From: Vicinamibacterales bacterium
GTDB lineage: Bacteria; Acidobacteriota; Vicinamibacteria; Vicinamibacterales; UBA2999
Direction of reading: 5' to 3'
DNA: 60,794 bases
Assembly: GCA_050742335.1 (NCBI GenBank)
Contig: JBOGIR010000130.1
Coordinates: 1-60,794 of the forward strand
Below are positions 1-10,925 of the stretch, in pieces (the stretch's first letter is position 1; the number at the start of each line of letters is the position of its first letter). The notes beneath the pieces were generated by a model. The model was not told the DNA's origin. It did not search any database and saw only the letters and a program-made list of their open reading frames with translations. The position numbers and the translations under genes were made by a program.

Positions 1-81
1 CGTGCGGGAGGGGGCTGTTCGATTACAGGATTGTAAGTGTAACGCAGTTTTGGTGGGAGGGTGGGAGCCACAGGCGGGCAC

Positions 82-2106
<2,025 letters not shown>

Positions 2107-2124
2107 TAGAACTGCTTGAAAGAA

Positions 2125-2278
2125 CTAGCGAGGCTGCGCCTCAGACCGCCGAGCATGTGGCTCCGCCTCGCTAGGGCAGTGTCTGCTTGCCCGCACTCCG
2201 TGCGGGCGAGACGTCTTGAACGGCCGGCGAAAAACTTGACTCATTTGGTGCGGATTCTGGCCGTTCAAAGACGTCTAG
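2125..2278 (+). repeat. Family A three-hairpin repeat, copy 1
   Basis: Near-identical to 45736-45889 and similar to 47137-47280. Stems are ctagcgaggc/gcctcgctag, cccgcac-tcc-gtgcggg and gacgtcttgaacggcc/ggccgttcaaagacgtc. Confidence 0.85.
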
Positions 2279-2874
2279 GCGGCCGAGGCCCCCAGCGCTT
2301 TTGCGGCGGCGGCCAGGACTTCCGGAACGCGAAACGGCTTCCGCAAGTAGCCGGCCACCCCGAGATTGACCGCTTCGATGGCACTCGTCTCGCTCGAAAA
2401 GCCTGTGATGATGATGACGGGCAGCTCGGCCCGGATCCGCTTGACCTGGCGGATGAGGGTCAGTCCGTCCATCCCTGGCATCCGCAGATCGGCAATCAGC
2501 AGGTCGTACTCCGACGCGCGCAGCCGGCTGAGCGCGGTTGCAGCGTCGGCCGCGGTGTCGACGTCGTATTCGGCCAGCGCGAGCGTCTTGGCGAGCAGGT
2601 CGCGGATGCTGGCCTCGTCATCGACCACGAGGACGCGCGCACGACCGTGGCGCACGGGTGTCGCGGTCGGCGGCGCGCCACCGGACTGCGCCCGTTGGCT
2701 GTCGAGCCACGCGTCGATGTCGCGTTTGCGGAACCGCCACTGCCGCCCCACGCGAACAGCGGGTATCTTTCCTGCCTTGATGAGGCGGTAGACGGTCCGG
2801 AGGTTCACCTGGAGGTAGGCGAGCACCTCTTCAGTCGTGAGAAACACCTCGTCAGTAGGCAAGTTGAGCGCCAA
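2275..2874 (-). CDS. Response regulator with an N-terminal excisionase/MerR-type HTH and a C-terminal receiver domain
   Basis: 199-aa ORF. The N-terminus LTTEEVLAYLQVNLRTVYRLIKAGKIPAVRVGRQWRFRKRDIDAWL is an excisionase-family HTH. The C-terminus has the receiver motifs VLVVDDE...DLLIADLRMPGMDG...GYLRKPF. Confidence 0.8.
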   Translation of the reverse strand: MALNLPTDEVFLTTEEVLAYLQVNLRTVYRLIKAGKIPAVRVGRQWRFRKRDIDAWLDSQRAQSGGAPPTATPVRHGRARVLVVDDEASIRDLLAKTLALAEYDVDTAADAATALSRLRASEYDLLIADLRMPGMDGLTLIRQVKRIRAELPVIIITGFSSETSAIEAVNLGVAGYLRKPFRVPEVLAAAAKALGASAA

Positions 2875-3018
2875 GTGGGTTGGGGGGTCATTTTACCGCC
2901 TTTCGCCTTAGATCCGGTCCCACGATCTCGCATCCGAGCCCGTGAATCGTATGATCGAGGGAAAGCCGCGGGGCCGCGGCGACCGTCTTATGAAACAGCC
3001 GGCCCGGATGTGCTCTTG

Positions 3019-3618
3019 ATGACGTGGACCGACGAGGATCTGGTTGCTCGCTCGATGGGGGGCGACCTGGATAGCTTCAATCAGCTCGTCCTCAGATGGG
3101 AGCGGCCGATCTACGCCCTTGCGTATCGGGTCATCGGTCGCGAGGAGGATGCGCGCGACGTCTGCCAGGAAACCTTCCTTCGAGCGTTCCGGGCCCTGCC
3201 GGGATTCAGGGGACAGGCGAAGTTTTCGTCCTGGCTCTATCGGATTGCGCTGAACCTGTGCCGCGACTGGATTCGCCGCCGGCGCCGATCGCCGCTCGTC
3301 GAGATGCCCGAAGGGATCGACCCGATGGAGCTGGCGACCGAGCACGGACCTGCCGAATCGGTGGAGGAACTGGTTGCGCGGAAGGAGCTCAGCGAGGCGG
3401 TGGCTGACGCGATGGCGATGCTGCCGGAGGAGCAGCGGACCGCGATCATCCTCAAGGAGTACCACGGCATGACGTTCCAGGAGATTGCGGATCTGCAGGG
3501 GTGCCCGCTCAGCACGGTGAAGACGCGGCTGTACCAGGGTCTCACTGTGCTGAGACGGAATCTCGAGAAGAGCGGACGAATGGCGCCGCAGATGGTGAAG
3601 CGGGTGAAACGCGCATGA
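3019..3618 (+). CDS. ECF-type RNA polymerase sigma-70 factor
   Basis: ATG at 3019 inside the longer ORF 2116..3618, whose upstream part reads through repeat A1. Region 2 is FNQLVLRWERPIYALAYRVIGREEDARDVCQETFLRAF. Region 4 is LPEEQRTAIILKEYHGMTFQEIADLQGCPLSTVKTRLYQGL. Confidence 0.9.
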   Translation: MTWTDEDLVARSMGGDLDSFNQLVLRWERPIYALAYRVIGREEDARDVCQETFLRAFRALPGFRGQAKFSSWLYRIALNLCRDWIRRRRRSPLVEMPEGIDPMELATEHGPAESVEELVARKELSEAVADAMAMLPEEQRTAIILKEYHGMTFQEIADLQGCPLSTVKTRLYQGLTVLRRNLEKSGRMAPQMVKRVKRA

Positions 3619-4373
3619 GCGAGACATTTCAGTGCGGAGACAACGCGGCCCTGACCGGCTATCTGTACCACGAGTGTGACGCGTCCGAGCGGACGGTCAT
3701 TGCCGCACACGTCACGGTGTGTGCGGCCTGTGCGGCGGAACTGGCCGCGCTCGAATCCACGCGCGTGCAGCTTGCCGCGTGGATACCCCCCGAGGCGGAG
3801 CTCGGGTTCATCATGCGCCCGCGCCCGGCAGCCAAGCCCGCGGACCCGCGGCTGGAGTCCGGCAAGCGCGCTGTGCGCTGGTTCGCGCAGCCGCTCCCCG
3901 CGTGGGCGCAACTGGCCGCAGCGGCCGTCATTTTCGCCGCGGGGCTGTCGCTGGGGATCGCGCGCGGCGCCGTTCCCGCTGCAGCGCCGGTGGAGGCGAC
4001 GATCGCCGAGGCGCCGCAGACCCCTTCCGAAGGCGTGTCGTCCGCCGAGCTGACGGCGCTCGAGCGGCGGCTGCGCGGTGAGATCGCCACGATTCGAACG
4101 ACGGCGAGCCCCGACGCCACGACGGCGTCCCTGCCGCCCGACACGCAGTTGATGACGCGGGTACGGGCGCTCATCGAGGAGAGCGAGCAGCGGCAGCAGC
4201 AGGAGCTCGCGCTTCGCACGGCGGAAATCGTGCGCGACTTCGATTCGCAGCGACGCGTCGATCTCACGCAGATTCAGCGCAACTTCGGCCAGATTGAAGG
4301 GTTGACCGGCGCCGAAGTGCGCGAACAGCGTCAGATGCTGAATTACCTGATGCGCGTGTCGCAGCAAAGATAG
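3615..4373 (+). CDS. Anti-sigma factor (zf-HC2 type), single-pass membrane protein
   Basis: Its ATG overlaps the sigma factor's TGA (ATGA). N-terminal motif H-x3-C-x2-C (AAHVTVCAACAAEL). There is a hydrophobic segment WAQLAAAAVIFAAGLSLGIA, and the C-terminal part is helical and Gln/Arg-rich. Confidence 0.7.
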   Translation: MSETFQCGDNAALTGYLYHECDASERTVIAAHVTVCAACAAELAALESTRVQLAAWIPPEAELGFIMRPRPAAKPADPRLESGKRAVRWFAQPLPAWAQLAAAAVIFAAGLSLGIARGAVPAAAPVEATIAEAPQTPSEGVSSAELTALERRLRGEIATIRTTASPDATTASLPPDTQLMTRVRALIEESEQRQQQELALRTAEIVRDFDSQRRVDLTQIQRNFGQIEGLTGAEVREQRQMLNYLMRVSQQR

Positions 4374-4436
4374 TTTGGTAGTCGGTAGCTGGTAGCGAGT
4401 TGGTAGTCGCTAGCTGGTAGTTGGTAGTCAGTGGTT
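4374..4436 (+). repeat. Tandem heptamer array (ggtagNN units) carrying TAG in all three frames
   Basis: The array tttggtagtcggtagctggtagcgagttggtagtcgctagctggtagttggtagtc follows the stop at 4371. TAG triplets start at 4379, 4386, 4393, 4404, 4411, 4418 and 4425, covering frames 0, 1 and 2. Confidence 0.8.
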
Positions 4437-4452
4437 GAGAAGGAGTAGACCT

Positions 4453-5295
4453 GTGGTGCGAACGTGGATGGTCGGTCTCGCCGTCGTTGCAGGAGCCAGC
4501 GGTGTCACGTCGGCACAGACAGCGCAGGCTCCTGATACGGAGCAGATCAGAGTGCGCCAGAAGATCTTCATGATGGAGGGCGTGTTCGAGCGGGCGGTGC
4601 AGCTCGGCGTCGAGAACCTGCGCCGCAAGGTTCGCACGGTCATGCCGGACGACGCGCTGCTGCAAGGAAGCGCACCGCAGGTGCGTGGCTTCCGGCTCGA
4701 GGGCTATGGCGTGTTCTTCGACGTCGAGGTGCCGTCGCTGCGGCGCAGCCTGGCGTGGTCGCTGCGAACGATGAACGAGAGCGGCGCGGCGCTGGCGCGC
4801 GACCTGGCGGCGATGAGGGCGTTCGTGCAGGCGATTGCGGATCCGCGCGCGCGTGCCGACTTCGACCGGATCCTGCAGCGCGTTCAGCGGCAGATGGGGC
4901 CGGCAGCCGCGGTGTCGGAACGGGCGGCTGCACAGGGCGGACCGACCGTGGCCGCGCAATCAGTGGGGATTCCGACCGCGCCTCCAGCCCTGGAGCCGTC
5001 TCCGGCTCCGCAGCTCGATGCATCCCTGATGGATCCCAGCGAGACGTACACCGAGGAAGTCAAGGCGGCCCTGATTGACGCGATGATCGAGAACAGCGGT
5101 GCGCTCGTGATTGACGCCGGCGAGTGGCTGACCGTCGCCGCACGGGACAATGCCCGGGGCGATCCGTTCATGCCGGGTGGTCAGGACGCGATGACGCTCG
5201 TCCTTCGCATCAAGGGAAGCGACCTGAACGCGTTTCGTGCCGGCCACGTCACGCTCGAACAGGTGAGGGGCCGCGTGCAGGTTGGCGAGTTCTAG
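4453..5295 (+). CDS. Hypothetical secreted protein, third gene of the ECF module
   Basis: ORF 4435..5295. A GTG at 4453 lies 7 nt after AGGAG (4441-4445). The N-terminus VVRTWMVGLAVVAGASGVTSAQTAQA looks like a signal peptide. I recognised no family. Confidence 0.5.
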   Translation: MVRTWMVGLAVVAGASGVTSAQTAQAPDTEQIRVRQKIFMMEGVFERAVQLGVENLRRKVRTVMPDDALLQGSAPQVRGFRLEGYGVFFDVEVPSLRRSLAWSLRTMNESGAALARDLAAMRAFVQAIADPRARADFDRILQRVQRQMGPAAAVSERAAAQGGPTVAAQSVGIPTAPPALEPSPAPQLDASLMDPSETYTEEVKAALIDAMIENSGALVIDAGEWLTVAARDNARGDPFMPGGQDAMTLVLRIKGSDLNAFRAGHVTLEQVRGRVQVGEF

Positions 5296-5336
5296 CGGGG
5301 CACGGCAAGCCGCGCCCCGCCAGCTCACTTGCGCGC

Positions 5337-5369
5337 CCCGAAACTTGACGCATCGCGTCAGGTTTCGGG
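5337..5369. terminator. 15-bp stem hairpin (REP-like or terminator-like, no U tract)
   Basis: cccgaaacttgacgc-atc-gcgtcaggtttcggg, with one G.T pair. A second GC hairpin gcgggg...ccccgc lies at 5295-5320, directly after the stop at 5293. Confidence 0.35.
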
Positions 5370-5421
5370 CGTTCAAGGGTTCTAGCCGGTACCGGAACCT
5401 TCACGCGGCGCCCGGTGTCTG

Positions 5422-5919
5422 ATGAGTACAATTTCGTGTATGGCACGACGGCTGGCTCTGGTGTTCCTCCCTGCGCTCCTCCTGACAGCCTGCGAGTCGC
5501 GTGAGGTCGAGAAGGACCTCCAAATCGTCAACGTGCATACCGGTTGGTACGACGCGGGTATCCTGGAAGGTGGACAGAACAAGCTCGTCCCGAGCATCTC
5601 GCTCGAGGTCCAGAATGTCTCCGATCGCGAGATCGCGAGTGTGCAGATGCAGGCGGTGTTCCGGCGGGCCGGCGAGGAGCAGGCGTGGGGCACCCACTTC
5701 GTGCGGGCCATCGACACGAGCGGTCTTGCCGTCGGTGCGACCACGATGCCCATCGTGCTCCGGTCGGGCCTGGGCTACACCGGTAGCCAGCCGCGCCTCC
5801 AGATGCTGCAGAACCGCGAGTTCGTCGATGCGAGGGTCACGATTCTCGGCAAGCACGGCTCCCGCACCTGGGTGAGGATGGGGGAGTACCAGATCGATCG
5901 CCAACTCCTCACGGAGTAA
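5422..5919 (+). CDS. Hypothetical lipoprotein
   Basis: 165-aa ORF with the lipobox LLLTAC after a hydrophobic N-terminus. An alternative ATG lies at 5440 (MARRLALVFLPALLLTAC). Confidence 0.55.
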   Translation: MSTISCMARRLALVFLPALLLTACESREVEKDLQIVNVHTGWYDAGILEGGQNKLVPSISLEVQNVSDREIASVQMQAVFRRAGEEQAWGTHFVRAIDTSGLAVGATTMPIVLRSGLGYTGSQPRLQMLQNREFVDARVTILGKHGSRTWVRMGEYQIDRQLLTE

Positions 5920-5940
5920 TTCCCGCCGATACGCGACGCT

Positions 5941-6009
5941 CAACTCCCAAAACGTGCCGTGCCGTCCGTGATTTTGGGAGTTGGAATTTGGTAGTTGGGA
6001 GTTGATAAT
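5941..6009 (+). repeat. 12-bp hairpin followed by a heptamer array (tggNNNt units)
   Basis: The hairpin is caactcccaaaa...ttttgggagttg (5941-5983). It is followed by tgggagt tggaatt tggtagt tgggagt tgataat (5975-6009). Confidence 0.6.
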
Positions 6010-6015
6010 CCCCGG

Positions 6016-7395
6016 GTGACAACGACCACCCAGGCCTCTGCTTCCCTCGAACGCCGTCTCGGTCCGCTCGATGCCGCGGCGCTCATTGTCTCGAACGTCA
6101 TTGGCGGCGGCATCCTGTTTTCCCCGCCGCAGATCGCCGCGTCTGTGCCAAGCGCCGTCATGTTCCTCTCGACGTGGGTCGCGGGAGGGTTGCTCGCCTT
6201 TGCGGGGGCGATGGCCTACGCCGAACTGGCGGCGCTGCGACCGCGCGCAGGCGGCGAGTACGTCTATCTCCGCGCCGCGTTCGGTCCACTCGCCGCGTTC
6301 CTGACAGGGTGGACGTCGTTTGTCGCGGGGTTTTCTGGCGCGATTGCCACCAGCGCCGCGGTACTCGCGTTCTATCTCGGGCGTTTCATCCCCGCCGCCG
6401 GCGACAGTACGCCGTTTCTCTCCGTGCCTCTCGTGCCCGGATGGGTTGTCTTCAATTTCTCACCGCAGAACATCGTCGCGATCGCGGCGATATTCGGGAT
6501 GGCGTGGATTCACCTGCGAGGCGTGGGTCCTGGAAGGGTGGTCAGCGATGTGCTCGCCGTCCTGAAGGTTGCGGCGTTCGTCCTGTTCATCGCCGTCGGG
6601 TTCGCCTTCGGGCAGGGCGAGGTGACGAACCTGACGCAGACCGCGCCGGTGGTACCGACGAGTTGGCTGCTGGCGCTGATTCCGGTGATGTTCACCTATT
6701 CCGGATGGAATGCGGCGTCGTACGTGGCCGAAGAGGTCCGCGACCCCGGCCGCAACGTGCCGCTCGCCCTGGCGCTCGGCACGGGTGCGGTCGTCGTCAT
6801 CTATCTCTTGATGAATGCGCTGTACCTCTACGTGCTGCCGACAGCCGAACTGGCGCAGGTCAACGGATCGGTGTTGGACGTGATTGCCGACCGGCTGCTC
6901 GGTGGTGCCGCGGGCGACACCATGGGGGTCGTTTCCATCGTCAGCCTGCTCGCGAGCATCAGCGCGATGACGTTTGCGGGCCCACGCGTGTACTTCGCGA
7001 TGGCCCGCGATGGCCTGTTCTTCCGGCGCGCCGCCAGCGTGCACCCGCGATATCGAACACCTGCGGTCGCGATCATTGCGCAGGCGCTGTGGAGTTCACT
7101 GCTCGTGCTGACGGCGCAGGCGCAGGCGCTCCTCACGTACACCGGCTTTGCCATCATCCTGTTCTCGGGAGTCGCGGTGGTGGCCCTTTTCGTCTTGCGT
7201 GCCAAGCAGCCCGATGCCGAGCGCCCGTTCCGGGCGTGGGGTTATCCCGTCGCGCCCGGTATCTACGCGATTGCGAGCGCCCTGATCCTGGTGAACGGTC
7301 TGTACACGGCGCCCGGTCCCACCGGTGCCGGAGCGCTGATCATCCTGGCGGGGATTCCGATCTACCTGACATTCAAGGGGCGGAGCAGTCGGTGA
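6016..7395 (+). CDS. APC-superfamily amino acid permease
   Basis: Polytopic membrane ORF (5995..7395). The motif LDAAALIVSNVIGGGILFSPPQIA is typical of APC transporters. I place the start at GTG 6016 because the upstream TTG at 5995 lies inside the heptamer array. Confidence 0.8.
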   Translation: MTTTTQASASLERRLGPLDAAALIVSNVIGGGILFSPPQIAASVPSAVMFLSTWVAGGLLAFAGAMAYAELAALRPRAGGEYVYLRAAFGPLAAFLTGWTSFVAGFSGAIATSAAVLAFYLGRFIPAAGDSTPFLSVPLVPGWVVFNFSPQNIVAIAAIFGMAWIHLRGVGPGRVVSDVLAVLKVAAFVLFIAVGFAFGQGEVTNLTQTAPVVPTSWLLALIPVMFTYSGWNAASYVAEEVRDPGRNVPLALALGTGAVVVIYLLMNALYLYVLPTAELAQVNGSVLDVIADRLLGGAAGDTMGVVSIVSLLASISAMTFAGPRVYFAMARDGLFFRRAASVHPRYRTPAVAIIAQALWSSLLVLTAQAQALLTYTGFAIILFSGVAVVALFVLRAKQPDAERPFRAWGYPVAPGIYAIASALILVNGLYTAPGPTGAGALIILAGIPIYLTFKGRSSR

Positions 7396-7402
7396 CTGGT
7401 AG

Positions 7403-7455
7403 CCGGAGGCCTTCCGCCTTCGCTGAAGCTTCGGCGGACATAGTCAGGCCTCCGG
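7403..7455. repeat. Nested hairpin element between convergent genes
   Basis: The outer stem is ccggaggcc...ggcctccgg. It encloses an inner hairpin tccgcc-ttcgctgaagcttc-ggcgga. The same outer stem with only a tcag loop occurs inside nrdJ at 36585-36606. Confidence 0.7.
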
Positions 7456-7459
7456 TCGA

Positions 7460-8533
7460 TCAGGGCAATCGCTGCAGATCGCCGCGGTATCTGATCGTCT
7501 GTCCCGGATTGATCCGCACGTCGAAACTGAGCGTCTCGTAACCGGGCGCGGTGAGCTCAATTCGGTATGCGCCCGACTCGAGCTTGAGCGCCTGGAACGC
7601 GCCGTCGTAATCGTCGACGACACCCGCATAGTACCCATCGACGTACACCTGGGCGTCCCGTGGCGATACGTCCAGCCGCAGCTCACCGATATCGAACGTG
7701 CTGAACGGACGCCGAGAGAAGCCGTCGTAGTAGCCGTACGTCGTATATCCGGGATACCCGTATGTCGTATATCCCGGAGACCAGCGATACGGGTTGTAGT
7801 AGAAGTAGCCAAGCCCGAACGCGCCGTAGCCGTACGGGTAGTAACGGCGCGGATAGTAGTAGTTGTAGTTGTAGACGTTGGGCGACCGGACGATCCTGCG
7901 ACCGCGGTCCGGCACGTTGACCGTACGTCCGCGGTTCGTGGTGATCCGGCCATCCGGAGGGGCTGCTCGCGACGGCGGTGCGGATCGGGGCATGGCGGTG
8001 CCGGTTCGCGGGTTGTCGCCCTGCGGCCGGCTGCCGCGAGGAACTGCGCGACGCTCGGGCTGGGGCGCGGGCTGCTCCTGTGCGCTTGCTTCTGGAGGAG
8101 CGACGCCCAGGGGACGTGCGAACGACGGCATCAGGACCGCGGGTTGCTCGAACGGCCTCGCCGCCCGTGGGACGGCTTCGCCGGTTCGCGGGTTGTCGCC
8201 CTGGGGCCGGCTGCCGCGGGGAACTGCGCGACGCTCGGGCTGGGGCGCGGGCTGCTCCTGTGCGCTTGCTTCTCGAGGAGCGACGCCCAGGGGACGTGCG
8301 AACGACGGCATCAGGACCGCGGGTTGCTCGGGTGGTCTTGCCACCCGTGAGACCGCTGTGCCGGTTCGCGGATTGTCGCCCTGAGACCGGCTGCCGCGGA
8401 GAACCGCACGATGCGCCGGTTCGGGCGCGGACGCCCCGGACTGCGGGACAGCGCCCGGCGGTTCGGCTTCCTGCGAGTGGGCGACCGGCGGCACGGCGAG
8501 CAGGACAGCGAGGATCACATAAACAAGGAGCAT
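7460..8533 (-). CDS. Secreted PEGA-domain protein with 60-aa tandem repeats and a Tyr/Gly-rich segment
   Basis: Signal peptide [20 protein letters not shown]. The C-terminus ...[22 protein letters not shown]...[24 protein letters not shown] is PEGA-like. The central segment is [29 protein letters not shown]. Confidence 0.7.
   Translation of the reverse strand: MLLVYVILAVLLAVPPVAHSQEAEPPGAVPQSGASAPEPAHRAVLRGSRSQGDNPRTGTAVSRVARPPEQPAVLMPSFARPLGVAPREASAQEQPAPQPERRAVPRGSRPQGDNPRTGEAVPRAARPFEQPAVLMPSFARPLGVAPPEASAQEQPAPQPERRAVPRGSRPQGDNPRTGTAMPRSAPPSRAAPPDGRITTNRGRTVNVPDRGRRIVRSPNVYNYNYYYPRRYYPYGYGAFGLGYFYYNPYRWSPGYTTYGYPGYTTYGYYDGFSRRPFSTFDIGELRLDVSPRDAQVYVDGYYAGVVDDYDGAFQALKLESGAYRIELTAPGYETLSFDVRINPGQTIRYRGDLQRLP
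8001..8410. repeat. 180-bp tandem repeat (about 2.3 copies) inside the PEGA protein gene
   Basis: ccggttcgcgg recurs at 8001, 8181 and 8361. The encoded units [60 protein letters not shown] are nearly identical. Confidence 0.85.
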
Positions 8534-8703
8534 GTCGTCTCCTTTGGACAGCCTACCTCAACTGCAGCAACAGTGCTGCCACAGCGGACTGGCAGAATTC
8601 CTCAACGAAATCGCAGAGTCATCCGAGGGCCCTCCTCCGGCGTCACGTGCCCATGTCATCGCGTCAGGTCGGTACACGGCGGGTTGAGGCATACTGGCGT
8701 CTG

Positions 8704-9240
8704 ATGCCCTTCGCCCCGCACGCCACGACCATTCTTGCCGTGAGGCAGGGGGATCACACCTGCCTCGCCGGCGACGGCCAGGTCACGCTGGGCGCCACGG
8801 TCGTCAAGCACGGCGCACGGAAGGTTCGCCGACTGTACAACAACTCGATTCTCGCGGGTTTCGCAGGGTCGGCGGCCGACTCGTTTGCCCTCTTCTCACG
8901 GTTCGAGTCGAAGCTGGAGCAGTATCGCGGCAACGTCGAGCGGGCCGCCGTAGAGCTCGCGCGCGATTGGCGGACCGATCGGCTGCTGCGCCGCCTCGAG
9001 GCAATGATGATCGTGGCCGATCGGTCATCGATGTTTCTGCTGTCTGGCACCGGCGACCTCATCGAACCCGACGACGGGATCGTCGCGGTCGGGTCGGGTG
9101 GTCCGTTTGCCATGGCGGCCGCGAGGGCGCTGAGCCGCCACAGTCAGCTGACCGCCCGTCAGATTGCCGAAGAAGCCATGACGATTGCCGCGGGGATCTG
9201 CATCTACACCAATACGAACCTGACGATCGAAGAACTGTAA
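8704..9240 (+). CDS. hslV: ATP-dependent protease subunit HslV
   Basis: ATG at 8704 within ORF 7978..9240. The sequence [37 protein letters not shown]...[14 protein letters not shown] is the Ntn-hydrolase HslV pattern. It sits immediately upstream of hslU. Confidence 0.9.
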   Translation: MPFAPHATTILAVRQGDHTCLAGDGQVTLGATVVKHGARKVRRLYNNSILAGFAGSAADSFALFSRFESKLEQYRGNVERAAVELARDWRTDRLLRRLEAMMIVADRSSMFLLSGTGDLIEPDDGIVAVGSGGPFAMAAARALSRHSQLTARQIAEEAMTIAAGICIYTNTNLTIEEL

Positions 9241-10629
<1,389 letters not shown>

Positions 10630-10653
10630 CAGTTGGTGGCACACGTCCCGGCC

Positions 10654-10770
10654 GGGCCACAGAGGCACACCCCTCGACAAGGCTCGCCCCTCGGCACGTG
10701 CTCGGGGCGTTCCGAGCAGTCGTCGAGGGACGGGGCGTCCTGAGCGAAAGTCGAAGCACAGAGGCACAGG
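10654..10770 (+). repeat. Family C repeat, copy 1, with cacagaggcaca at both ends
   Basis: It shares cccctcgacaa(g/t)gctcgcccctcgg...ctcgggg...cgtcgagggacgggg(c/t)gtcctgagcga(a/t)agtcgaag with 40861-41015. Confidence 0.75.
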
Positions 10771-10864
10771 AGGAGGGGTCGCAATTTCCCGCGAATCCTG
10801 TAGAATGCCGTCTACTCCCAAATGACGATATCAGACAATTTTGTCTGCTGATTATTGAGTTACT

Positions 10865-10880
10865 ACAAAGACGTCTTTGT
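10865..10880. promoter_or_regulatory. Perfect 16-bp palindrome acaaagacgtctttgt upstream of the sigma-54 activator gene
   Basis: It is self-complementary over all 16 nt. It lies in an AT-richer stretch 46 nt before the ATG at 10926. The core aagacgtctt matches the base of hairpin 3 of the family A repeats. Confidence 0.4.
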
Positions 10881-10925
10881 GGTGCGAGACGGCGATCCCT
10901 TGATCCTCTTGAAGTGTGGAAGCGT

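Noticed and set aside
40-75. G-quadruplex-like tract ggtgggagggtgggag near the left edge.
   Set aside because: There are only three GGG runs plus a GG. The context is cut off by the window edge, so it is not interpretable.
2959-2987. ECF-type promoter GGGAAA ... CGTC upstream of the sigma factor gene.
   Set aside because: The spacer is about 19 nt rather than 16-17, and the -35 is not GGAAC, so the match is not convincing.
2116-3018. N-terminal extensions of ORFs that read through repeats. These are 2116..3618, 45385..47046, 7978..9240, 19863..24470, 39869.. and 49868..
   Set aside because: The extensions translate repeat elements, or overlap the preceding gene, and they lack homology signal. 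Internal starts with an SD or a start/stop overlap give proteins of canonical length.
10637-10652. A second sigma-54-like motif, TGGCACacgtcccggc, after hslU. Other TGGCAC hits lie inside CDSs at 12897, 17391, 34911 and 37875.
   Set aside because: The GG-to-GC offset is 13 instead of 12, or the -12 GC is absent. Most of the hits lie within coding sequence.
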